A program made the translations under genes and the position numbers. Positions 19,244 through 29,284 of a stretch of 64,000 nucleotides of DNA are shown here, piece after piece (position 1 is the stretch's first letter; every line of letters begins with the position of its first letter). The stretch covers positions 1-64,000 of the IMG/VR virus record IMGVR_UViG_3300013947_000027. One strand, written 5' to 3'. The notes under the pieces are model-generated. The model saw only the letters and a program-made list of their open reading frames with translations, ran no database searches and was not told the DNA's origin. This stretch comes from a virus (Duplodnaviria > Caudoviricetes).

Positions 19244-19468
19244 TTAAAGCCAAGATCTAATCTTAGCCTGGATCAACAGTCTGCATAACTGGTCGATTAC
19301 TGCCCTAGGATCTCTATTGGGCTGAGATTCGATTGCCTCTCTGAGTTTTGCTCGCATCTCTGGATCGTTCTTGCTGCAAACACCAAAGTCATCGAGAACC
19401 TTCATCTTTTCGTTGATCATAGCGTTAACCGACTTGCTGAATCGTTCGTTATTTTCCTTAAGCGCCAT
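19244..19468 (-). CDS. Hypothetical protein
   Basis: ORF within the operon. Confidence 0.55.
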   Translation of the reverse strand: MALKENNERFSKSVNAMINEKMKVLDDFGVCSKNDPEMRAKLREAIESQPNRDPRAVIDQLCRLLIQAKIRSWL

Positions 19469-19487
19469 AACACGTCACCCGAATTAC

Positions 19488-20069
19488 TTAGTAAGTGATC
19501 TGAATATCAACGTACTTACTCCAAGGAACATACAGAAGGTCAATCATGTAGCCTTCTTCGTTATATGCAATGAAAGAAGAACCGGGATCTTCCTGGATGT
19601 CCTTGTCAAAGCCACAAGCCTTGCAAGCCTCGACATAACCCTCGTAGTCCTTCAGGGTGGTATAGCCAATCTCGGCCCAGAACATCGTCTCATCGGAAGG
19701 AGAACCATAGAACTGACCTCTATCGGACCAAGTGGGAACAGGAAGATTCGTAGCGATACCATAAGTAGGCCACTCAATTACATCATATTCCTTAGCGTCC
19801 GGAATGAGCAGATCTGCATGACCGAGAGTAGGCGCAGTATTTTCTTCATTTTCGGTAGGTGTTTCAGTAACAGGGTCAGGTTCAGGCTCGGCTTCAGTCT
19901 CAGTCGGATCTTCAGAAGGTTCTTCTGTCTGCTTCATCGATTCGATCTGAGCATTCATAGACTCAATTTGCTTCATAGCTTCTGCATACTCAGTGTTCTT
20001 ATGACTAGAGCAGCCAGCGAACGACACACAAAGAACCAGCGCGATCATGATAGCAACAAACTTTTTCAT
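19488..20069 (-). CDS. Lipoprotein with an acidic Pro/Glu/Thr linker
   Basis: MKK, hydrophobic core and FAGC lipobox. Confidence 0.8.
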   Translation of the reverse strand: MKKFVAIMIALVLCVSFAGCSSHKNTEYAEAMKQIESMNAQIESMKQTEEPSEDPTETEAEPEPDPVTETPTENEENTAPTLGHADLLIPDAKEYDVIEWPTYGIATNLPVPTWSDRGQFYGSPSDETMFWAEIGYTTLKDYEGYVEACKACGFDKDIQEDPGSSFIAYNEEGYMIDLLYVPWSKYVDIQITY

Positions 20070-20101
20070 AATTTCCTCCTTAATAATTTGAAAATATAAA
20101 G

Positions 20102-20842
20102 TTAACCATTTCGAATACTATCTGCATAGTTGAGAACAGACCAGACGTAATTGCTAGTTAGTCCGCTGCTCCACATACTATTAGCATGACCGGGACCACC
20201 GTTATACGCCATGAGAGCCCACTCCATACTACCACTCATATCAACATAGTCAGCAAAGCAATCAATGCCAACTGCAACATTCTGGTAGGGATCAAACAGA
20301 TCATAACACCCGAGTTCATTCATGCGTGCCCCATTATACTCAGGGATGATCTGCATAAGGCCATAAGAGTAACCATAAATTCCGTTATCTCCAACAGCTC
20401 CAGAATTGAAGCCAGACTCTCGGTAAATCATAGCGATGATAATAGCCGGATCGATTCCACGAAGTTCGCAGAGCTCAAAAATATAAGTCTGCAGATCGGT
20501 ACTAAGACCTATGTCATAGTAAACGATCTCAGGTTCAGTGGGTTCCGGCTCGGTTGCTACTTCAGTTGCAGAAGGAATCGTTACATCTGGAAACTCAATA
20601 GCTTCAACCTGTTCCTTCAAAATATCAATCATACTAGTCTTTACAATAGCCGTCTCAGGCTCTGTAGGGCTCTCTGTCACCATTTCCACAACAGGCTGAG
20701 ATTCTACCGTCCTAGGATCGTATGTGTCATAAGCGATAAATAACGAACTAGTAAGTAAGGCGACGCATGCACCAAGTACAAAAATATAAAGGGATGAGAT
20801 GATGCAATCCAAAGTAGCATAAAAGTGATTTTTGTTTTTCAT
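20102..20842 (-). CDS. Membrane-anchored SLT lytic transglycosylase
   Basis: N-terminal TM; AMIYRES, GLMQI, DPYQN, ALMAYNGG. Confidence 0.9.
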   Translation of the reverse strand: MKNKNHFYATLDCIISSLYIFVLGACVALLTSSLFIAYDTYDPRTVESQPVVEMVTESPTEPETAIVKTSMIDILKEQVEAIEFPDVTIPSATEVATEPEPTEPEIVYYDIGLSTDLQTYIFELCELRGIDPAIIIAMIYRESGFNSGAVGDNGIYGYSYGLMQIIPEYNGARMNELGCYDLFDPYQNVAVGIDCFADYVDMSGSMEWALMAYNGGPGHANSMWSSGLTSNYVWSVLNYADSIRNG

Positions 20843-20928
20843 GAGAAATATAGGTTTCCTTTCCTAGCATTGATTATAAGTCGTGCTCGGCAGGCAACAC
20901 CTCCTTTAAGTTATCTTCCTCCAAAACT

Positions 20929-20965
20929 AAAAAAGAGGAGACCTAGTTTTTCACTAAGTCTCCTC
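20929..20965 (-). terminator. Hairpin plus U-tract directly after motif 20986 (empty cassette or attenuator)
   Basis: GAGGAGACTTAG-TGAAAAA-CTAGGTCTCCTC-TTTTTT. Confidence 0.7.
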
Positions 20966-20994
20966 ATAAAAGGGGCTGTTTTTCACGCGAATTA

Positions 20995-21234
20995 TTAAGC
21001 AATGATAAGAAGCCAGATAGAAGCCCCAATAATAAACAAACTTATTGGAAAGAATAGAAATGTACCGTAACCCGCTGCGAGATAATCGAAATAGTCGACG
21101 TTGTGAGGATATGTGTCAAGTTCCTTAGTCATCTTTCTAAATCGACTAACGCTAAAAATAGAAAAGATAAAACTAAGGATCCCAATAATAAGCATAATCC
21201 ACAGCATATGATACCTCCTTAATAAAGCTCGCAA
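20995..21234 (-). CDS. Membrane protein
   Basis: Two TM segments. Confidence 0.6.
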   Translation of the reverse strand: MRALLRRYHMLWIMLIIGILSFIFSIFSVSRFRKMTKELDTYPHNVDYFDYLAAGYGTFLFFPISLFIIGASIWLLIIA

Positions 21235-22179
21235 TGTCTATTAATAATAGACGGCTTATCTTCATGATATCTACAAGATAACTTAATAGCGAAATTTGAA
21301 TTGTCTACCTGCTCAGGGAGCTTCGATAGCAAATCGAGATATTCATTCTTGATGCCGCATACTTCTCTATGTACGCAATGCGCGCACTCAGTTTCCTTTA
21401 CACTGCTCATTATTACTCTCCCTTTCTTCATACTCTGTACTTAAACAGGGAGCTCATGCGTTCACACTGATAGCAAGAGTAATCGGCTTCGTCAAGCGCA
21501 GAGTTTTCATACCAAATATCAGGCGAGTCCTCGATGGGAGTCAGAGGATCGCCATTAATTAGGCTATTAAGAATGCGCCTGGTGATACTAAGACTAAGGC
21601 CGCTGTAATTATCATCCATAAGACTCTTAAAAGCTTTGTATGCACTTTCATAGCATGCAACTCTGTAATCCCAATCGTCTTCTTTTTCGCTAAGTCTGCG
21701 TTCTCGCTCACACGCAATTTCAATTTCTCGCCTAGCCCATTCAGTCATGTTCATTAATATTTCCTCCTGTCTGTTCGATAAGAAAATTGCATTCGTGCGT
21801 GTTACTATCAGATGTGACTTCGTACTTGCCCCAGAATCTAGGACACTCGCCTAGGGCCTTGCTCACCACGCACAACTCATGAAACGGACAATATTCTTCA
21901 TAATATGGCAGACTATCAACTAAGAATTTCATATATACTCCTTTCACTGTTTAAAATTAAATATCAATCGTGCTTAAACTTTCCACAGGAATGTCTCTCT
22001 AATGCTGAGAAACTACCAAGTAAGTCGCAGTTGAAAATGTTCGGACCGTCTTTATAACTCCAGTTATATGATTTGCAGTTCTTACAAAACATACAACAGC
22101 GAGTGACTGAGGTCTCCCCATTTCTTCTTAAGATGCAAATATCATAGTTTTCGCAGGAAGGACAAAGATCTTTAGTCAT
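21219..22179 (-). other. Run of four small Cys-rich or hypothetical CDS (21219-21431, 21428-21754, 21741-21947, 21964-22179)
   Basis: Overlapping start/stop codons and RBSs. Confidence 0.55.
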
Positions 22180-22727
22180 TCTTTTCTACGATACTCTTCT
22201 AGTTCTTTCTGAAACGCTTCGGTTTTATCATAACCGCATCCGAACATCTCAGGACAGAAACCGCGGTAAATACACTCTCGCACCATGCAACTAGCTAATT
22301 CGGGTTCAGTTTTAGATACCTCATCCTTAACTTTCTGCCAAGCAGCTCGAGTTTCAGAAGATGCGCATGAGCACAAACGTTTTCGACTAATATTAATTAA
22401 TGTTTGAGCGTTTGCCTCACAAGCATGATTGACAAGAGCTCCCTGAGGAATATCATTTCTATCAATTCCAGTTCGATCAGTTCGCTGAGTGGTTACCCAG
22501 TGCTCAATACCAATCTTATGGCGAACAAAATGGACGCTAACCCAAGACTTAATGTCTTTCCAGCGCCAATAAAATTTAATCCTTCGAATGGGGGAATGTT
22601 CGGAAAGAAGGAGTTTCTTTTTCCAAACAGAATCGGGGTATGTACCAGTGGTTTTACCGATGGTATTCATCGTGGAATCCTTTACATCTTGCCAATTGTC
22701 TTCGTGTTTGAAAATATCAATATTCAT
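22176..22727 (-). CDS. thyX: ThyX-like flavin-dependent thymidylate synthase (short phage form)
   Basis: EHSPIR, SVHFVRH, QRTDR, RKRLC..AS.ETR. Confidence 0.65.
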   Translation of the reverse strand: MNIDIFKHEDNWQDVKDSTMNTIGKTTGTYPDSVWKKKLLLSEHSPIRRIKFYWRWKDIKSWVSVHFVRHKIGIEHWVTTQRTDRTGIDRNDIPQGALVNHACEANAQTLINISRKRLCSCASSETRAAWQKVKDEVSKTEPELASCMVRECIYRGFCPEMFGCGYDKTEAFQKELEEYRRKE

Positions 22728-22738
22728 TTAATACCTCT

Positions 22739-23228
22739 TTAATCAACGTATCTCCATTTCATTCCTCCGCATGTGGACCTTCTGCCATTACAGCAAGCCA
22801 CGATGTTTGAATGATGAAGACCTAACTCATCAACAGCTTCTTTTATTGAGCTATAGAATTTTCCGGTTGTAATGCATTGAATTTTTTTAAACTTTGCAAT
22901 ACTTGCTTTATCTATAACTTTACTATGGTTCAAGTTATTTAATGGAGTAGACCATCTTAGATTTTCAGCTCTGTTGTCTGTTTTTATTTCATTTTTATGG
23001 TCCACTTGTGGGAGATTATCCGGATTAGGTATGAACGCTTCGGCGACTAATCTATGAATGGAGAATCGCTTATGCTTTGTTGTTTCATTTGATAGGCTTA
23101 CTCTAAGGTATCCATTGCGTGTTTTATCCGGCTTTAATTTCAGTCCTTTTTTTGTTAAATACGTCGCCATCGGAAGTTACCTCATATCTTGGAAAATCCG
23201 GCACTTTCTTTGATTCACTATTCGTTAT
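22739..23228 (-). pseudogene. NUMOD4-HNH-NUMOD1 homing endonuclease, frameshifted at an A7 run
   Basis: The NUMOD4 N-terminus (KKVPDFPRYEVTSDGDVFNKK) is in a different frame from GLKLKP..HRLVAEAF..VDHKN..NRAENL; T7 run at 23147-23153; ATA at the start position after GGAGG. Confidence 0.7.
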
Positions 23229-23284
23229 TTTAACCTCCTATTCTAAATCTTTAGTCATCAATAATACTAGACATTAGTTTTCAC

Positions 23285-23626
23285 CTAGCTCACTTTCCCA
23301 AAGAATTCTTTCATATCAAACCATCTGTTCTCGATGATATTGCCAATCTTAGTTATGTCAGAGCCACAACCGTTATCTTCAAAACGAATATACTTGCCAG
23401 GAAGGTCTTCCCACTTACTAACACCAACCACATCCAAAAGCTCAGATATTGACTCCATGGATTCTGATCTAAAGACTCTAGTTTTAGTTTCCTTATCATA
23501 TTCATCCAGACAATATCCACCGACACCACAAACAAAACTAGCAGTTTTGATATAGATCATCCAGGTCATAATTTCATGGTCTTCTCGTCCAAGCATCGTC
23601 GAAGTGATTATAGCATTACTGATCAT
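23285..23626 (-). CDS. Conserved phage hypothetical protein
   Basis: MISNA..LGREDH..GGY.LD..KWEDLPGKYIR; start revised to follow the RBS. Confidence 0.6.
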   Translation of the reverse strand: MISNAIITSTMLGREDHEIMTWMIYIKTASFVCGVGGYCLDEYDKETKTRVFRSESMESISELLDVVGVSKWEDLPGKYIRFEDNGCGSDITKIGNIIENRWFDMKEFFGKVS

Positions 23627-24538
23627 TATCATCATCCTCCATCTTGATAAACAGACCGTACTCACCACCAACATCACCACCAAGAATTTTACCAGCCAAA
23701 AGGGCTTCAATGTCTTCTCTCATAATGAGAAAATATGAATTACCCCATGCTGTTCGTAACTTGTCAGCTTCCTCCCTAGTATCACAAATTGTAAAGATAT
23801 TCATACCAAATCCTCCACAATTCGAACTCTTGGATCGTTCTTAATATTGCATAGTTCGAACAAGCACTGTCCATAGAACTCCCGCATGTCATAGTCATTC
23901 ATATAACCTAACTCACAGTGTCCTTCAATGCCACACTCGTTATGACACTGATAACGGGTTGTATAAAACATGGGGCATTCATTGCACTTTGTTGGGTACT
24001 TTTCAAGCTCGAGAGCGATTAATTTCTTATACTTAATCATGCATTTTCTCCTTCACATGACGTAAGAATATATTCCACCCGATCTACAAGATCCCAGTAT
24101 TCCATCCCATATAGACAAGCACAATTGCCGTCGTCATGCCTCTCAGCTTCTTCATCCGGGTCAGAACAAGGCACCTCAATACCTTTCTTTGCAAGAAGAT
24201 CATCGAACAAATCAACAATATCTGTTGCTAAATTATGTTTTGTATACATTATTTCAAACCTCCATTAATTCGGATTCATTCATATAGCAAGGAAGTTCCG
24301 CATATGCAAGAACCTCAATTTTTCGTCCTTCATTCCAGTCGATTTCAGTGTCCCAGAAGTTACCAAGATAACTACCATTTGGAGTAGCAATATCAACGTG
24401 ATACCACCATGAGTCATAGTAATCACACATGTTTTCCCTAAATAAAATTAGACACCGCGTTTCTCCATACATGCAGACAGGAATATCAGGAGGATTATCC
24501 TTATCGAATGGGATCCAATTAATCTCTGGAATCTTCAT
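23616..24538 (-). other. Run of four small hypothetical CDS (23616-23804, 23801-24040, 24037-24249, 24254-24538)
   Basis: Translationally coupled ORFs with RBSs. Confidence 0.55.
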
Positions 24539-24836
24539 TTTTCTTCACTTTCTCCTTCTTCTCGACCATGACCAAAACCTTCTCAAGATCATGCTTAAGA
24601 GCGCTGTTTGTGCCATGAACCTTCTTTGCCAGAGCAGCACAATAACCGAGATAGGCATTGTGCGGATCACCTTCAGCTGCTCGAACAATAGTCTTGGTAC
24701 CGTCCATCCAGACGACTACAGTAACACCAGCAGCCTCATCGTAGTAGACATGCTTAGGCTTTCCCGGATGTATGGTAAGCTGCATACCATACATGGAACT
24801 AAGACCGACCTTATAGAGAGCATCGTGAATAGGCAT
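24519..24836 (-). CDS. Conserved phage hypothetical protein
   Basis: TVVVWMDGTKTIVR motif; AGGAGG RBS. Confidence 0.6.
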   Translation of the reverse strand: MPIHDALYKVGLSSMYGMQLTIHPGKPKHVYYDEAAGVTVVVWMDGTKTIVRAAEGDPHNAYLGYCAALAKKVHGTNSALKHDLEKVLVMVEKKEKVKKNEDSRD

Positions 24837-24953
24837 TTAATTGTCCTCCTTATTTTTAAATGAATTACAATAAGAAAATAAACGGTAGAATCAAGGGCAA
24901 AAGACCTAGAATTAGCGGCAGTACAAAAATACAATAGAGAAAATCAGCCATGG

Positions 24954-25523
24954 TTATTCCTCCTCTTCTTCGATACCAAATGGACGCTGCTCTACATCAC
25001 CGCCAGCAACTGTATAGCTCTCCATAACACAGCCTCGCTCCTCATCCCAGTAAAGACTATCCAGGATCCAATCAATCTCTTCCTGAATCTCCGGTTCAGT
25101 CATCTGCATAGTTTCATATTCCTGAAGCCCAACAGTGCTGCGGAGCTTATCCAAAATATCAAATGTCCATAGCTGGAACTTGCGAGCCTCGAGTTTGCGA
25201 CTGGCAAAGAGAGCTTGATAGATACCATGCTGATTAACAGCAAGCATCCAAATTGTATTCTTAACTTTTGCGATGCCGTTTGAACCGGTTTCGCAATTTT
25301 TCTTGTAATGAGTTGGTCTATTCTGTTCAGTTTCTACTGGAACCCGTTCTAACATACTAGGATCAAGTCTCTGCACCACATCATTCGTTCTCAATTTCAG
25401 CGCATCACAAATATCCTTAAGTACAGCCCACCAATGGCCGTCATCAAGACGCACAAAACGTATAGTGTATCCCCGCCAATGTTCGGTCCGCATATTATTC
25501 ATATAGGTGTCCCTCCTTACCAA
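24954..25523 (-). CDS. BRO-N domain antirepressor-like protein
   Basis: WAVLKDICDAL..VNQHGIYQALFASRKLEARKFQLW. Confidence 0.85.
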   Translation of the reverse strand: MVRRDTYMNNMRTEHWRGYTIRFVRLDDGHWWAVLKDICDALKLRTNDVVQRLDPSMLERVPVETEQNRPTHYKKNCETGSNGIAKVKNTIWMLAVNQHGIYQALFASRKLEARKFQLWTFDILDKLRSTVGLQEYETMQMTEPEIQEEIDWILDSLYWDEERGCVMESYTVAGGDVEQRPFGIEEEEE

Positions 25524-25695
25524 ATGTCAATACAATGGGTGATGACCGCGGTCCAGCTAATAGCAAAGAGTATAAAGTGCCACCAATAGATAGCCTCCCC
25601 ACGGATCATTTTACAAGCGATAATAGAGGTAGACCAGATCCCGACCGCAAGCACCAGGCAAAACAGAATAGTTGCTAACATAGTTATTTCTCCTT

Positions 25696-26085
25696 TCAAA
25701 ATGTAGGTTCAGTTTCAGTGGCAATCTTAACATCCGAATATAACTCTGCACCTTTACTCTCAAACAAGAACACTGTAAAGTCATCTTTGACGTAATGGCG
25801 ATCAATAGTAGCGGCTTGAATATTCATAGCCTCCAATACAATCTGAAGATCATCAATTAAGTATTTCTGGTCGCTATACAAGCCATAGTGTTTTAACCTA
25901 GCGATATATTCTGATGTTGAAATCGGAGCAGGAATTACCAAGTTAAGCTCGTTAGCTTTCCGTTCAATGCAATTCGCCATTGCACGAGTGTGTACTACAA
26001 TAGTAGCTTCTGTTTTAGCAGATTCCTTAACTAGCATTTCAATCTTGCCGGTCCCGCGACTCATGGAATAGAATATAGTTGCCAT
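25696..26085 (-). CDS. Hypothetical protein with a degenerate P-loop
   Basis: SRGTGK..LIDD. Confidence 0.5.
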   Translation of the reverse strand: MATIFYSMSRGTGKIEMLVKESAKTEATIVVHTRAMANCIERKANELNLVIPAPISTSEYIARLKHYGLYSDQKYLIDDLQIVLEAMNIQAATIDRHYVKDDFTVFLFESKGAELYSDVKIATETEPTF

Positions 26086-26448
26086 TTCTCCTCCCTAAAT
26101 ATCAATACGACGATTCTGTATAGATCTCTTCCCAGGTCTTAGTTGAGGTCGTCGAGTTGCATTCCTCTTTGCTGTGCTTCAGACCTTCGAGGAGCCCATC
26201 CTCAAAACCGTCTATGTAACCTTGCTGGTAGTCGTTGCTTTTACTAGCTAGCTTTTTCCAAAATGAAAAGATCATATTTCCCTCCTAAGTTTAGTGTTTC
26301 GGTGTGTTCAAATATCTGAAAACGTCCATAAAGTCGTCTTCGTCATAGACTTCTTTCGGATTCTCTTCGCACCATCGTTTAATTCGCTGCCGATCTTTCT
26401 TGTTGGCATATCCAAGTTCAATGCATTGCCGTAGAAACTCATTAAGTG

Positions 26449-26655
26449 TCATTCCTCTGTCTCCTCATAAAGAATCACAATAGAATGGTCGCCATACCGT
26501 ACCCGGTCATATTTAAAATCAATAATGATCGCACGAGGGTGGTCTTCCATCCACTCACCAAAGAGCTGATCCGCACGAGTCCCTCCAGCATTGCCAAAGA
26601 AAATCTTAGCCTTAGGCTTGATATGATTGTCCCGCTGCATCTCATAGAAAGTCAT
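26449..26655 (-). CDS. Hypothetical protein
   Basis: AAAGGAG RBS. Confidence 0.55.
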   Translation of the reverse strand: MTFYEMQRDNHIKPKAKIFFGNAGGTRADQLFGEWMEDHPRAIIIDFKYDRVRYGDHSIVILYEETEE

Positions 26656-26732
26656 AGTTAAATCTCCTTTTCAAAAATAATTATTAAAAATAAAAGAGGA
26701 CCCGATGTTTCAACCGAGTCCTCTTAAAGATA

Positions 26733-26888
26733 AAAAATATACGCTGTGCACCAATAGCCGAATCAACCTCCTATTTCACCAGTGTCTATCCACCACAAAC
26801 TCTGTGCACTTTACGCCGAATCAACCTCCTATTTCACCAGTGTCTATCCACAACAAACGTAACCTTTTAGAATAGTGTATACTCTTTC
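26733..26888 (-). ncRNA. Small RNA C containing two tandem 58-nt repeats
   Basis: Repeats at 26744-26801 and 26802-26859; closing stem GAGTATACACT/AGCGTATATTT; motif 26909 upstream; strong terminator at 26692-26725. Confidence 0.7.
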
Positions 26889-26914
26889 ATAATAGGGTCT
26901 GTATTTTTCGCGAA

Positions 26915-27304
26915 TTAAATGTCTACTACATCTTCAATTTTATAAAGTTTCTGTGCGGCTAAGAACTTGTTTTGTCTTTCTGTGAGAACACTTAATTCAG
27001 AATGAACGCATTCAAGACAATTGCATAAATCTTTTTCGCCCGGATGCGAAAGCAACTGCTTAAGTAGATATCCTTCTCGATCCTTGCGATAGGCAATCTT
27101 TCTTCCAACTGTTGCAAGTGCTTCATCAAACAGACCTTCACTTGCAGCACTCATAAGAGTATTCGTGTCATCAGCAACCCTAACGATCTGGTTATAGCTG
27201 CTAAAATATTTAATTCCAAAATATGCAGCTGCACCAGAGGCAAGAGTTGCAGCAGCGGTAGATGCAACAAGAATGACCTTTTCACGCTTAGTAAGCTTTT
27301 TCAT
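26915..27304 (-). CDS. Membrane-anchored hypothetical protein
   Basis: Basic N-terminus plus a TM helix. Confidence 0.6.
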   Translation of the reverse strand: MKKLTKREKVILVASTAAATLASGAAAYFGIKYFSSYNQIVRVADDTNTLMSAASEGLFDEALATVGRKIAYRKDREGYLLKQLLSHPGEKDLCNCLECVHSELSVLTERQNKFLAAQKLYKIEDVVDI

Positions 27305-27334
27305 ATTTTCTCCTTTCAAAATATAAAAGCACAT

Positions 27335-27829
27335 TTACTTCGTAAAGCTGGGGGAATATTTGTCACCGTTGGCATCGTAATAACGACACCCTTTGCTAGG
27401 AACATAATTACACGGATCGCATTCTTTCGTGCCAAGACATTTACCATCAAAATACGAGGAACAATCGTAGTTGCTGTTAAGCTTGACTGACTCAGAGGTG
27501 CCAGCATTCCCTTGGGCATACTTGCTTCTCTCTTCATTACCGATCAGCCAGATGAAGCGAATATAATTGATGATGTCCTGGCATTTCTCGAGAAGATCAT
27601 CTCTGTCATTGAAATCGTTCTTCTCTACCTTGTCACGTAACGCAACAAGATGTTTAGTCATGTAACCCCATGTGCACTGTGCAGGAGTAGCACCCATGAT
27701 CTCCGCTCCAGCATCAAAGTTATGTAAGCAATCGTCCGGAGAGGCATACTTGGCATTCTTCTGCTTCAGCGTCTCAAGAGAGTTACCGTCCAACTCATCC
27801 AGAAGTTTATTAAAAGTTTCAGAGTTCAT
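27335..27829 (-). CDS. All-alpha NTP-pyrophosphatase-like / nucleotide-modification-associated protein
   Basis: KNAKYA..DCLHNF..KH..EKCQDIINY pattern. Confidence 0.5.
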   Translation of the reverse strand: MNSETFNKLLDELDGNSLETLKQKNAKYASPDDCLHNFDAGAEIMGATPAQCTWGYMTKHLVALRDKVEKNDFNDRDDLLEKCQDIINYIRFIWLIGNEERSKYAQGNAGTSESVKLNSNYDCSSYFDGKCLGTKECDPCNYVPSKGCRYYDANGDKYSPSFTK

Positions 27830-27852
27830 ACAATAGATCCTTTCTTGTAAGT

Positions 27853-28230
27853 TTAAACGTCTACAAAAGCGAACATTCGGTCAGTTTTCCTCATATCTTC
27901 ACGTTCGTCAATCCAGAAGTCAATAACCAGCGAATCGTGGTAAATATAAAAGATCGTCTTACCGAGCTCCTTCGCTTTCTCGACCTCCTGATATACTCCA
28001 GATCCGACAGTGCCATTCAAACTGCTGAAGATCAAAATATCACAGTCTGTAACTGTCTTCAGGCATTCGTCCATAATGATGGCTTCTCCATCCTCTTTAA
28101 TCGATACCAAGTCAGTAGCCGGATTGAAGATGTCAGCATTCGGAAAATATCTTCGAATCAGTTTGAGCTCGTAGTCTTCAGTCTTAGTCCCGTACTTCCA
28201 CTGATGATGAGCATAGTAGATATTCATCAT
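27853..28230 (-). CDS. Nucleoside 2-deoxyribosyltransferase-like protein
   Basis: IYYAH..IFNP..CDILIF..GSGVYQEVEKA..LGK. Confidence 0.55.
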   Translation of the reverse strand: MMNIYYAHHQWKYGTKTEDYELKLIRRYFPNADIFNPATDLVSIKEDGEAIIMDECLKTVTDCDILIFSSLNGTVGSGVYQEVEKAKELGKTIFYIYHDSLVIDFWIDEREDMRKTDRMFAFVDV

Positions 28231-28252
28231 GAGATTCCCTCCAAAATATCAA

Positions 28253-28668
28253 TTAACGCAGAGCAAGTAATTCAGCAAACTTATAACTTTCCTGAATGCC
28301 AGTTTCAAAGAATCGCACAGTGTAGTAGCGATGCGGGTAGTTAACATAAACTACCTTGCAAAGTTCAGGCTCTGCTTTCGGCATGTCACGTTGCTGGACT
28401 GTCATAATTCTTTCTAAAAGAGTTCCAACCCGAGGAGTCCACCGTTCCATTATGTATATCCTCCTTAATTCTTAGATCGAACCGGGACAAGGAAGAAACG
28501 AATTTCCATAAGAATCAGCCAAACGCCGGTGACAATGCTCAGATCAAAAGGTTTTCTAAAACAAAGAGATGCAAGGAAGAGGATACCAGTGCTGAGGGCC
28601 CAAGAGAGGGCAATAACAGTGATGTAAGCCAGAAGCTTGACTCCGAATGAGGTTTCCTTCTTTTTCAT
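28253..28668 (-). other. Two small CDS (28253-28450; 28465-28668, two TM)
   Basis: RBS-led ORFs. Confidence 0.5.
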
Positions 28669-28694
28669 AGTTGTTTCTCCTTTAAAAATATAAA

Positions 28695-29153
28695 TTAAGT
28701 AATGCTGATGAAGACGGGACGGCCTTCTAGCTTCTCAGGAACCTTAAAGAGTGCCTGAATTGCATGGTCAATAACCTCAGGGTGCTCGAGATAACACTCG
28801 AAGGGGACGCTGAGATTCACAGGTTCACGACCATAATCGTACTCGTCATATTCTTCGTGTTCTTTGCATGTGCAGCAATCACATTCGTCTACAGTATCAT
28901 TAAACTGGTCGAACTGAGGCATATACAGTTCATAGCTATATTTGCACTTTTTAATTACTGCATTGTCAAGTGCGTTAAGAGACCAGCCCTTGGCGGTGTC
29001 ATTATAGGTAGAGGTAATCCCACTCAGGTCTTTCAGATCAGCCATTGTCGCCCAGCCATAGTCACTCGCAATTTCATGCATCAAAGACATAACCAGATTT
29101 GCAGCATAGCGATTCGAAAAAGTGCAAATATAAATCATATCGTCATTATTCAT
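28695..29153 (-). CDS. Paralogue of the C-terminal domain of 44692-45336
   Basis: VMSLMHEIASDYGWATMADLKDLSG..DTAKGW versus VLSRMDEMIEQYDAVRVADLYDLVG..DNKYGW. Confidence 0.65.
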   Translation of the reverse strand: MNNDDMIYICTFSNRYAANLVMSLMHEIASDYGWATMADLKDLSGITSTYNDTAKGWSLNALDNAVIKKCKYSYELYMPQFDQFNDTVDECDCCTCKEHEEYDEYDYGREPVNLSVPFECYLEHPEVIDHAIQALFKVPEKLEGRPVFISIT

Positions 29154-29284
29154 AGTTAATTCTCCTTTTAAATTAATTGTAAAGAATTTCAGCAGCTTCA
29201 TTGACTGCCTCAGTATAGCTGTCGGCGGAGCAATAGAATTCCCCGTCAAGATAGACTTCCCAATGGCCACGAACCTGCTTGACC

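Noticed and set aside
26744-26859. Mini CRISPR array
   Set aside because: The two units are directly adjacent with only a 5-nt variable window, so there is no spacer-sized unique sequence; no cas operon is in the window (3342-3908 is a solo phage nuclease)
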